Positions 34,221 through 45,155 of a DNA stretch of 45,155 nucleotides are shown here, one piece after another. Numbering within the stretch: the first letter of the stretch is position 1; the number at the start of each line of letters is the position of its first letter. Under the pieces are notes generated by a model. It searched no databases. It was not told the origin of the DNA and saw only the letters and a program-made list of their open reading frames with translations. A program made the position numbers and the translations under genes. The stretch is from Clostridiales bacterium (lineage in GTDB: Bacteria; Bacillota; Clostridia; Christensenellales; CAG-138). The stretch lies in NCBI GenBank assembly GCA_013824375.1, contig PNNR01000048.1, positions 1-45,155 of the forward strand, in the 5' to 3' direction.

Positions 34221-35462
34221 ATGAAGACCATTCAGATGGGGATTGGATTTGCAACCGGCAGGATGAGCTTTCGCAAAGTGCTGAATGCTTACATCAAAAA
34301 CTGGCAGGAAGCAAAGAAAAAGCTGCCTGCTGACTATAAAATCAACCTGAACTTATTTGTTGCATATGATACGGACTATTTAAAAACGCAGTCGACAGAC
34401 TACACCAACCTCAGCCAGGATATTGTGGATCAATTCGATCAGATCGTGTTTCTAGGCGCAAAGAATGCGCTCAAGAGCATCGAACGGCTGGAAGAACATA
34501 GCTTGCTGAATAAGAAGGAACTGAAAAGCATCTTCAGCACGGGGTATGCGGGCAAGCGAAACGCGATTCTGTTTGCGGCTCTTGAAAACCACATGGACTA
34601 CCTGCTGTTTCTGGATGACGACGAGTATCCGCTTGCAGTAACAAAGAGCAAGGACGTCTGCCTCTGGAGCGGACAGCACATCATTCTCTCGCATCTGATG
34701 CAAATACCCAATGCCGACTACACAAACGGTCTGCATTGCGGATATGTTTCCCCGATTCCGCAGATTCCATTCAGCGAAAGTTTTACCGAGCAGGATTTCA
34801 AAGCGTTCATCGAGGCAATCAGCAACGACATCATCAATTGGGAGAGTATGCGCCAACTGATGCGCTCCGGCGGAGTGACCTATGCCTCGACCGAAGTGCT
34901 GATGAAGAACCAGCCGGAGGAGGTGCAGGAGATCAACGGCTGCAAATTTATCTCCGGTGCGAATCTTTGTATCAACCTGACAAAGCCGGAACGCACGTTT
35001 CCGTTCTTCAATCCGCCCGGCGCGCGGGGCGAAGATACATTTCTTTCAACGATGCTGCATGATCGGACTGTGCTAGAGATTCCATGCTATGCGTTCCACG
35101 ACGGTTTTTCCAGCTATAAAAACCTGCTCAATGGTGTGCTGCCAACGGAACTCGCCCCGATAACTGCGGATTCAACTGCGATCATCAACCGCTTTTTAAG
35201 CGCCTGCATCGGCTGGGTGCGTTATAAGCCACTGCTCGTGTACATCACCAATCCGAAGGGATACGCCGAGCAAATCGAGCGGATGCGAACCACGCTGAAT
35301 GAAGTTGCGCCAAAGCTCGCCAAATATTTCCAGAACGACGGGTTCCTCAACATCATCCGTGAACTGGAAGAGTATCATGCAAACGTGCAGAAGCACGCAG
35401 AACAGATCCGTCTTGCTCAGACCACATGGCAAAAGCTGTTGCAAAAGGTGATTCTGCGGTAG
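34221..35462 (+). CDS. Orphan GT-A-fold glycosyltransferase-like protein
   Basis: ATG 34221 follows AGGAGGG. GYAGKRNAILFAALENHMDYLLFLDDDEYP resembles the GT2-type nucleotide-binding/DxD region and PGARGEDTFLS resembles the second acidic motif. The upstream part of track ORF 33468..35462 is out-of-frame read-through. Confidence 0.65.
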   Translation: MKTIQMGIGFATGRMSFRKVLNAYIKNWQEAKKKLPADYKINLNLFVAYDTDYLKTQSTDYTNLSQDIVDQFDQIVFLGAKNALKSIERLEEHSLLNKKELKSIFSTGYAGKRNAILFAALENHMDYLLFLDDDEYPLAVTKSKDVCLWSGQHIILSHLMQIPNADYTNGLHCGYVSPIPQIPFSESFTEQDFKAFIEAISNDIINWESMRQLMRSGGVTYASTEVLMKNQPEEVQEINGCKFISGANLCINLTKPERTFPFFNPPGARGEDTFLSTMLHDRTVLEIPCYAFHDGFSSYKNLLNGVLPTELAPITADSTAIINRFLSACIGWVRYKPLLVYITNPKGYAEQIERMRTTLNEVAPKLAKYFQNDGFLNIIRELEEYHANVQKHAEQIRLAQTTWQKLLQKVILR

Positions 35463-35501
35463 TGGCATCAGTCAGAAGCAGAATACGCGGTATTACACAA
35501 A

Positions 35502-35529
35502 GGACACTCTTCTACGAGTGCCCTTTTTT
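35502..35529. terminator. Bidirectional terminator between the GT-A-like gene (+) and tatD (-)
   Basis: GGACACTC-TTCTAC-GAGTGCCC stem (one mismatch) followed by T6. Confidence 0.6.
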
Positions 35530-35543
35530 AAGGCTTTATTGTT

Positions 35544-36314
35544 TTACAGCGAAATCCCGAAGAGATGCATCGCGTTTTGGTAGGTGGCGGCGGCCGCTTC
35601 TTCGGGCGAGATGCCGCGCACCTTTGCGAGCGTCTCCAGCGTGAGGTGGATCAGCAGCGGGCTGTTGCGTTTTCCGCGATGCGGCTCGGGCGTCATATAC
35701 GGGCAATCCGTCTCGATCACGATGCGGGAGAGTGGGAGCTTTTCCGCGATCGCGCGCTGCTTGGTGGCGTTTTTAAAGGTCAGCGCGCCGCCAAAGGCGA
35801 TGTAGTAGCCCATATCGACATACTTCACTGCGTCCTCATAGCTTCCGGAATAGCAGTGCATCACGCCTCCCAACCTGCCCTTTCGCGCGGAGAGCATCGC
35901 CATCACATCCCCGTGCGCTTCGCGGTCGTGGATGATCACGGGCTTCTTGGCGGCAATCGCCATGTCGAGCTGATTGCTGAAAGCCTCCCGCTGCGCCTCA
36001 CGCGGGGAGAAGTCGTAGTGGTAGTCCAGCCCGATCTCGCCGACGGCAACGATTTTCTTCTGCTCCAGCGCGCGCTCGACGCGCAGCAGGTTCGTGTTGT
36101 CCGCTTTGCTTGCCGAATGTGGATGTATACCAGCGCTGCCGTAGACAAAGTCGTAAAGCAGCGTCAGCGCCTGCACTTTCGGGATATCGTCCGCTTCGAC
36201 GCAGGCTTCGACAAATCCGCGCACGCCCGCCGCCGGAAGGGAGGCGATGAGCTGGTTGCGGTCCTCGTCAAATTTGTCGTCGAGCAGATGCGCGTGGGTG
36301 TCAAACAGTTGCAT
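35544..36314 (-). CDS. tatD: TatD family metal-dependent hydrolase/DNase
   Basis: MQLFDTHAHL...GIHPH...VAVGEIGLDYHY...IIHDREAH...VMHCYSG...ETDCPYMTP. Confidence 0.92.
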   Translation of the reverse strand: MQLFDTHAHLLDDKFDEDRNQLIASLPAAGVRGFVEACVEADDIPKVQALTLLYDFVYGSAGIHPHSASKADNTNLLRVERALEQKKIVAVGEIGLDYHYDFSPREAQREAFSNQLDMAIAAKKPVIIHDREAHGDVMAMLSARKGRLGGVMHCYSGSYEDAVKYVDMGYYIAFGGALTFKNATKQRAIAEKLPLSRIVIETDCPYMTPEPHRGKRNSPLLIHLTLETLAKVRGISPEEAAAATYQNAMHLFGISL

Positions 36315-36382
36315 GTGTTCTCTTTCTGTGTTCTGGATTCTTCGCGTAACGTCAAAAGAAACGGTTTCGTCTCTTTTAGTAA

Positions 36383-36931
36383 CTACTCAGGTTGTGTCAG
36401 ATCGAGATCCATCAGAATCTCGTCGTAGTATGTTCCGCGGACGTTAATTCTAGCCTTGTGCCGCCCGACTTCGACGAAGTCGAAGTGCTTGTAGAGAGCG
36501 ATGGCGCGATCGTTGCCTTCGCGCACCTCCAGCGAGAGCGTGCGCAGGAAATTTGTGCTTCTCGCGAAATCGATCATCGCCTGCATGGCGATGCTGCCGA
36601 TGCCGAGGTGCCAGTAGGCGCGCTTGATGGTAATCGCGATCCCGCCGACATGCGCGAGGCGCGACCGCATGGCCGCGCGCACATCGCAGACCAGCACGAT
36701 TTCATTATTGATTGTGCCGACGAACATCTTGGTGTTTGCTGCCGCGAGCGTGCTTTCGATCCAGCTTTGTTCGCCTTCGAGCGTCAGGCCTTCGATCCCG
36801 TTTTCGTCCGCGAGCAGAAAATCCGTCTCGCCGCCGACGACCTTGAGATAGTCGATCATCTCCTGTGCGTCGGACAGCGCCGGATCGCGCAAAATTAGCG
36901 TGCGTCCGTCCTTAAGGGTGTGTTCGGACAT
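36383..36931 (-). CDS. GNAT family N-acetyltransferase
   Basis: 182 aa from ATG 36931 (AAAGGAGAG RBS); acetyl-CoA-binding-like segment WHLGIGSIAMQAMIDFA and NDRAIALYKHFDF. Confidence 0.85.
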   Translation of the reverse strand: MSEHTLKDGRTLILRDPALSDAQEMIDYLKVVGGETDFLLADENGIEGLTLEGEQSWIESTLAAANTKMFVGTINNEIVLVCDVRAAMRSRLAHVGGIAITIKRAYWHLGIGSIAMQAMIDFARSTNFLRTLSLEVREGNDRAIALYKHFDFVEVGRHKARINVRGTYYDEILMDLDLTQPE

Positions 36932-36970
36932 AGATGCTCTCCTTTGCAATGACGATTAAGGCTTTGCCGT

Positions 36971-38965
36971 TTATCGAACTTTCAGGCCGCTCTCCATCGG
37001 TGCCAGCGTGGTCAGCGCAGAGAGGTTTTCGTCCGCCGCGTCGGATGCGCAGAGGATCATGCCGTGGCTCTCCACGCCGCAGAGGGTGACGGGTTTGAGG
37101 TTTGCGACCAGTACGACCGTTTTGCCGACGAGGTCGTCCGGCGTGTACCACTGCTTGATGCCTGAGACGACAGTGCGGGTTTCCGCGCCTACTTCCACGG
37201 TCAGCTTGAGCAGCTTCTTGCTCTTTTTGATCTCTTCCGCTGCAACGACCTTGGCAAGCCGCAGGTCGATCTTCGCGAAATCGTCGTACTCGATCTCCGC
37301 AGGGGCTTGCTCCTCGCTGTGTGCGGCTTTCGCGGGCGCGGTCGGCGTTGTTTCCGCTGTCGGAGTGGACTCTGCTGCTGTCTTGGCTTTGTCCGCCTCC
37401 GCCCCAAAATAGGCAAGCTCCGCTTCCACGTCGATGCGCGGGAAGAGAGAATCGCCCTTGTGTACTTGCGAACCCGGGACGCTGCCGCCCCACGCGACAG
37501 CTGCCAATGCCGACTGCGCGGGCGCTGTGCCAAGCTGTGAAAACATATTCGCGGGCGTGCTCGTGAGGAAGGGGATCAGCAGGATCGCGACGATGCGCAG
37601 GCTCTCCGCGAGATTGTACAGCACGGTTTTCAGCCGCTCCTGACCCGCTTCGCTCTTGGCGAGCGTCCAGGGAGCGGTCACGTCGATGTATTTGTTGCAG
37701 GCGCACACGAGTTTCCAGATCTCCGCCAAAGCGTCGGGGATATGCAGCTCGTTCATGAGCGCATCCACTTTTGCGGGCAGCTCGCTTGCAAGCGCGATCA
37801 ACGCCGCGTCCTCTTCCGCCGTGACGGAAGGGGCGGGCAGCCTGCCTGCGAAGTATTTGTCGATCATCGCGACCGTGCGGCTTAAGAGGTTGCCGAGGTC
37901 GTTGGCGAGGTCGGTGTTGATTCTGGCGATCAGCGCCTCGTTGGAGAATGTGCCATCCGAGCCGAACGGCACTTCGCGCAGCAGGAAATATCGGATCGCG
38001 TCCACGCCATAGCGCGCGCAGAGTTGCACGGGATCGACCACGTTGCCCTTGGATTTGCTCATCTTGCCGCCGTCGAGCACGAGCCAGCCGTGCCCGAACA
38101 CCTGCTTGGGGAGCGGCTCGCCGAGCGCCATAAGCATGATCGGCCAGATGATGGTGTGGAAGCGCACGATCTCCTTGCCGACGATGTGCACATCCGCCGG
38201 CCAGAACTTTTTGTAGAGCGAATCGTCGTCGCTGCCCCAGCCGAGCGCGGTGATGTAGTTAGAGAGCGCGTCCAGCCAGACGTAGACCACGTGCCTGCCG
38301 TCGAAGTCGACGGGAATACCCCACGTAAAGCTCGTGCGGCTCACGCAGAGGTCTTCCAAACCCGGCAGCAGGAAGTTTTGCAGCATCTCGTTGGTGCGGC
38401 TGTTGGGCTGGATGAATGTGGGGTTGTCTTTGATGTACTGAATCAGGCGGTCGGCGTACTTCGAAAGCCGGAAGAAATAGCTTTCCTCCTCGACGAGCTC
38501 GACGGGGCCGCCGCAGTCCGGGCAGACGCCACCCGCGTCCTCGATCTGGCGGTCGAGCCAGAAGCTTTCGCACGGTGTGCAATAGTGCCCCGTGTACTTC
38601 GACTTATAGATATCGCCCTGATCATAGAGCTTTTTGAACATCTTCTGCACGGCCTTGACATGATGTTCGTCGGTCGTGCGGATGAATCCGTCATAGGAGA
38701 TGTCCAAGAGCTTCCAGAGCTCCTTAAACCCTGCAACAATAGGATCCACATATTCCTGTGGCGTGACGCCCGCGGCCTTGGCTTTGCGCTCGATCTTCTG
38801 GCCGTGTTCGTCCGAACCGGTCAGAAAGAACGTCTCATCGCCGCGCTGGCGGTGATAGCGCGCGATGGCGTCCGTCGCGACGGTGCTGTAGGCGTGACCG
38901 ATGTGAAGGCTCGCGCTGGGGTAATAGATGGGTGTTGTGATGTAAAATGTCTTTTTTTCGCTCAT
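36971..38965 (-). CDS. metG: Methionine--tRNA ligase with a C-terminal tRNA-binding (EMAP/Trbp111-like) domain
   Basis: ATG 38965 follows GGAGGA. HIGH motif SLHIGHAY, Zn knuckles CTPCE and CPDCG, KMSKS motif, C-terminal KIDLRLAKVV...VANLKP. Confidence 0.95.
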   Translation of the reverse strand: MSEKKTFYITTPIYYPSASLHIGHAYSTVATDAIARYHRQRGDETFFLTGSDEHGQKIERKAKAAGVTPQEYVDPIVAGFKELWKLLDISYDGFIRTTDEHHVKAVQKMFKKLYDQGDIYKSKYTGHYCTPCESFWLDRQIEDAGGVCPDCGGPVELVEEESYFFRLSKYADRLIQYIKDNPTFIQPNSRTNEMLQNFLLPGLEDLCVSRTSFTWGIPVDFDGRHVVYVWLDALSNYITALGWGSDDDSLYKKFWPADVHIVGKEIVRFHTIIWPIMLMALGEPLPKQVFGHGWLVLDGGKMSKSKGNVVDPVQLCARYGVDAIRYFLLREVPFGSDGTFSNEALIARINTDLANDLGNLLSRTVAMIDKYFAGRLPAPSVTAEEDAALIALASELPAKVDALMNELHIPDALAEIWKLVCACNKYIDVTAPWTLAKSEAGQERLKTVLYNLAESLRIVAILLIPFLTSTPANMFSQLGTAPAQSALAAVAWGGSVPGSQVHKGDSLFPRIDVEAELAYFGAEADKAKTAAESTPTAETTPTAPAKAAHSEEQAPAEIEYDDFAKIDLRLAKVVAAEEIKKSKKLLKLTVEVGAETRTVVSGIKQWYTPDDLVGKTVVLVANLKPVTLCGVESHGMILCASDAADENLSALTTLAPMESGLKVR

Positions 38966-39007
38966 ACAGGCTTCCTCCAACCAAATCAAACTGAATCTAA
39001 AATAATC

Positions 39008-39258
39008 AAAAACGCGCCGCCCAATCGTAAGGACGGCGCGAAGATTCGCGGCCGAAAAACCACCCTACTTCCCCAAAACCGGGGGCATAAGTTTCCGCTG
39101 TATCGGGCGGAGGCCGCCGCGGCTGAGGCGAATGATGCGTTCACCGCGAGGAGCTCGGGAGCCATCTTCGCAAGGCGCGCGATTTCGGGCTTTCACCTGA
39201 CCCCGAATCTCTCTTCAAACGCGCTACGATGCTACTCTTTCCGTCGTCGCTCATATCG
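39008..39258 (-). promoter_or_regulatory. T-box leader (Met specifier AUG) controlling metG
   Basis: On the minus strand: GA/K-turn region UGAGCGACGACGGAAAGAGUAGC; AG bulge GAAGAGAGA; distal loop GGUGAAAG; specifier GAAG-AUG-G (39163-39165); T-box GUAGGGUGGU (UGGU at 39059-39062). The antiterminator strand is shared with the terminator CGCGCCGUCC-UUACGAUU-GGGCGGCGCG + U5 (39008-39040). Confidence 0.85.
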
Positions 39259-39265
39259 TCCAAAT

Positions 39266-39295
39266 AGCGTATCACCAACAATGTAGTGTTGTCAA
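39266..39295 (-). promoter_or_regulatory. Candidate promoter of the metG T-box leader
   Basis: Minus strand TTGACA (39290-39295), 18-nt spacer ending in TGA, TACGCT (39266-39271). Confidence 0.45.
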
Positions 39296-39317
39296 GAGCG
39301 CGGGAAAGTGCTATGAT
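39289..39317 (+). promoter_or_regulatory. Sigma-A type promoter of pth
   Basis: TTGTCA (39289-39294), 17-nt spacer ending in TGC, TATGAT (39312-39317). Confidence 0.6.
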
Positions 39318-39371
39318 AATTTGACTTTCTGAATTGAAAGAAAGCATACTATTGCAAGTTTCGAGGTAGAT

Positions 39372-39956
39372 ATGTTCGTTGTCGCAGGGCTCGGCAATCC
39401 GGGAATATTCTATAGGCGCACGCGCCACAACGCGGGCTTTCAGGCGCTGGACGTACTGGCGGATTACTTAAATATCAAGGTCGCCAAGCGCGGCTTTTCC
39501 GGCGAATACGGCGAGGGAAACTATAACGGCGAGCGCGTGGTGCTGGTCAAGCCCACGACCTACATGAACCTCTCCGGCGACTGCATTCAGGCGGTATTGC
39601 ACTTCTACAAGTGCCCGGCGGAGAACCTGATCGTGCTCTACGACGACATCGAACTGCCGGTGGGCACTCTGCGCATCCGCGACAAAGGCAGCGCAGGCAC
39701 GCACAACGGTATGCGCTCCATCATAGGCACACTGGGCAGCGAAAACTTCCCACGCGTGCGGATCGGCGTAGGCAGCCACAACGGCGGAGACTTAAAAAAA
39801 CACGTGCTCGGAAAACCGAGCAAAGAGGAACAGACAGAGTTGGCGACCGCGTTTCACGATGCAGCTGATGCGGTGCGTCTGATTCTGGAAGGCAAGCTGC
39901 CGCAGGCGCAGGCCGAATACAACAAACGGCACATCGGCGGGACAAAGGCGGAATAA
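39372..39956 (+). CDS. pth: Peptidyl-tRNA hydrolase
   Basis: VVAGLGNPG..Y..TRHNAGF...VKPTTYMNLSG...DDIELPVGTLRIR.KGSAGTHNGMRSI. Confidence 0.95.
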   Translation: MFVVAGLGNPGIFYRRTRHNAGFQALDVLADYLNIKVAKRGFSGEYGEGNYNGERVVLVKPTTYMNLSGDCIQAVLHFYKCPAENLIVLYDDIELPVGTLRIRDKGSAGTHNGMRSIIGTLGSENFPRVRIGVGSHNGGDLKKHVLGKPSKEEQTELATAFHDAADAVRLILEGKLPQAQAEYNKRHIGGTKAE

Positions 39957-40007
39957 ACCGCCCGCGTCCCGACTAACAATAGTAACGGGGGACGCTTGAC
40001 GCCGGGC

Positions 40008-43460
<3,453 letters not shown>

Positions 43461-43565
43461 TGGACAAAGCGGCTTTGCAGAACATCTGCCGCCGCGATGG
43501 AAAACTCCATCGTATCAAATCCACTGCGCGGGAGCGCTGAATAAAAAAGGGAGAAATCAACCAAG

Positions 43566-45011
43566 ATGAACAATACCTGGAAAAAAGCGGTATCTGTGCT
43601 GATAGCAGTCGCCCTGACGCTGTCGTTCGCGGCATGCGGCAAAGGCGCAAACAACGCCTCTAACTCGAATGCTGCCGACCCAAATCGTGATAAGATCGCT
43701 GTTCGAATTGGAAAAGGCGACGACTTCACCATCACCAAGGGAGAAATTGAAGATCAGTACGGCTACATGGTCTCCATGTACGCGCAATACGGCATGAGCG
43801 CGCCCAGCGTGGACGAGGACATCGAAACCATGCAGAACGATGTGATCGCTTCCCTTGTAATCGAGAAACTGAAGCTCTATCAAACGGGTCAGCTCGGCAT
43901 CATACTCACGAGCGAGCAGACGGCTGATATTGAAAAACAGGTTGACGAGCAGATGAAGAGCTACACCGACATGTTCCGCGAGCAGGCTAAGACGGAAGGC
44001 GCAGCCGACGTCGAAGCGCGCGCGCTGGAGATATTCCAGGAGCAGATCGACGCGGCGGGCATGGAACTCGACATCGATGGATTCCGCGATTTCATGCTCA
44101 AAGGTTACACGGAAGAGGCTCTCAAGGAAGCTCTGAAAGACCAAATCACCAAGGACGTTACTGCGACTGACGAAGAGATCCAGACCTATTACAATGACCT
44201 GCTTGCCTCTCAGAAAGAAACCTACACCACCACGCCTGCGGACTATAGCCAGGCAGCAGAGGATTTCCAGATAAACGGTGGAGACCCGATGCTCTACACG
44301 CCGGAAGGCTTTGTGCGCGTCCGCTCCATCGCCATTTCGCCCGCGACGGAACTTCCCGCCGAGTACACCACGCTCAAGGATGAGATGACCGCGATCGAAT
44401 CACAGTATGGTGCGGCTGCACTCAAGGCGCTCGCCGATAAATACGCAGCCAAGAGCGCGGATGCCTCCGACACGAGCATCAGCGTCACCACCGGCGAAAT
44501 TGAAGGCGGCGCGGCGCTCGTGAGCGATTACGTTACCAAGAAGGCCGCTGCAGACGCGATGTATGAAGATTACATCAAAGACGCGCGTGAAAAAGCCAAC
44601 GAAGCGCTTGCTTCTCTCGAAGCCGGCACGAGCTTTGAGGATGTGCTCGGGAAGTATGGCGAAGACTCCATCTACACCGAGTATCCGGCGTTTGTTGAAA
44701 CCGGCTTGCTGATGTATGTTGGCGGCGAGGACACCCTATGGGATGCTGAGCTTGTCAAAGCGGTCGGCTTGCTCAAGGATGGCGAACACACTGCGATCAT
44801 TCAGGTGGATGATATGTTCTACATTCTCCAGCTCGTCGGCAGTGAACCGGCCGGCGAAAAATCCCTGACGGATGCATACGAAAGCGTGAAGGCTGCCGTT
44901 ATCGCTCAGAACAGCGATCAGCTTTGGAATACGCAGTTGGAAACCTGGCAGACCGATAAAAAGATTGTGACCTATTACGAAGATGTCTATCGCGGCATCG
45001 GCAAAGAGTAA
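43566..45011 (+). CDS. PrsA/SurA-like lipoprotein (putative foldase / peptidyl-prolyl isomerase family)
   Basis: Lipobox LTLSFAAC. Long helical SurA-N-like region and a C-terminal parvulin-like segment (FEDVLGKYGED...GEHTAIIQVDDMFYILQL). The position after mfd is typical of Bacillota. Confidence 0.7.
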   Translation: MNNTWKKAVSVLIAVALTLSFAACGKGANNASNSNAADPNRDKIAVRIGKGDDFTITKGEIEDQYGYMVSMYAQYGMSAPSVDEDIETMQNDVIASLVIEKLKLYQTGQLGIILTSEQTADIEKQVDEQMKSYTDMFREQAKTEGAADVEARALEIFQEQIDAAGMELDIDGFRDFMLKGYTEEALKEALKDQITKDVTATDEEIQTYYNDLLASQKETYTTTPADYSQAAEDFQINGGDPMLYTPEGFVRVRSIAISPATELPAEYTTLKDEMTAIESQYGAAALKALADKYAAKSADASDTSISVTTGEIEGGAALVSDYVTKKAAADAMYEDYIKDAREKANEALASLEAGTSFEDVLGKYGEDSIYTEYPAFVETGLLMYVGGEDTLWDAELVKAVGLLKDGEHTAIIQVDDMFYILQLVGSEPAGEKSLTDAYESVKAAVIAQNSDQLWNTQLETWQTDKKIVTYYEDVYRGIGKE

Positions 45012-45024
45012 CATTTGAAACAAG

Positions 45025-45057
45025 GCGGGCGGCAGATATGTCGTCCGCTTTCTGTTT
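45025..45057 (+). terminator. Rho-independent terminator
   Basis: GCGGGCGGCA-GATA-TGTCGTCCGC 10-bp stem (two G-U pairs) followed by TTTCTGTTT. Confidence 0.65.
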
Positions 45058-45155
45058 GTGCGCAGCTGGTTCAGCCGTTTCTTTATTTCGGAAGTTGTCT
45101 CTGTAACCGGGTCACAGTAAATTCACTTGTCTTTTCCAAATTGAATTAGACCATG

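Overview
A 45.2-kb chromosomal segment from a high-GC Gram-positive anaerobe. A T-box leader, pth-mfd-prsA synteny, FabK-type FAS II and sigma-A-like promoters point to Bacillota/Clostridia. No rRNA, tRNA, CRISPR, transposase, integrase or phage genes were seen. Gene order: (1) PadR regulator, membrane 4Fe-4S protein, secreted GLUG/Big_2 protein and a membrane GGDEF cyclase. (2) A MarR (FabT-like) gene followed by a complete fatty-acid synthesis operon, accB-accC-accD-accA-fabH-acpP-fabK-fabD-fabG-fabF-fabZ. (3) LacI regulator, U32 peptidase and an MFS transporter. (4) A 693-aa envelope protein made of six tandem ~90-aa domains. (5) A 10.4-kb molybdenum cofactor and molybdate uptake island: moeA, moeA-PBP fusion, moaC, MOSC, moaA, MOSC, Cys-tailed MoeA-like protein, modABC, mog. 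(6) A small DUF5684-like membrane gene, a 6-TM unknown protein and a low-GC orphan GT-A-like gene. (7) tatD, a GNAT gene, metG with a Met T-box leader, pth, mfd and a PrsA/SurA-like lipoprotein. The main observations follow. Four genes (accC, modA, the GLUG protein's signal peptide, the DUF5684-like gene) are broken by small indels. A shared 15-bp palindrome sits behind the MarR and accB promoters. The six-repeat protein is anchored at both ends and has no family I can name. The Moco island has an unusual gene content, including a probably leaderless MoeA-like gene. All calls come from reading the sequence and ORF track; no searches were run.
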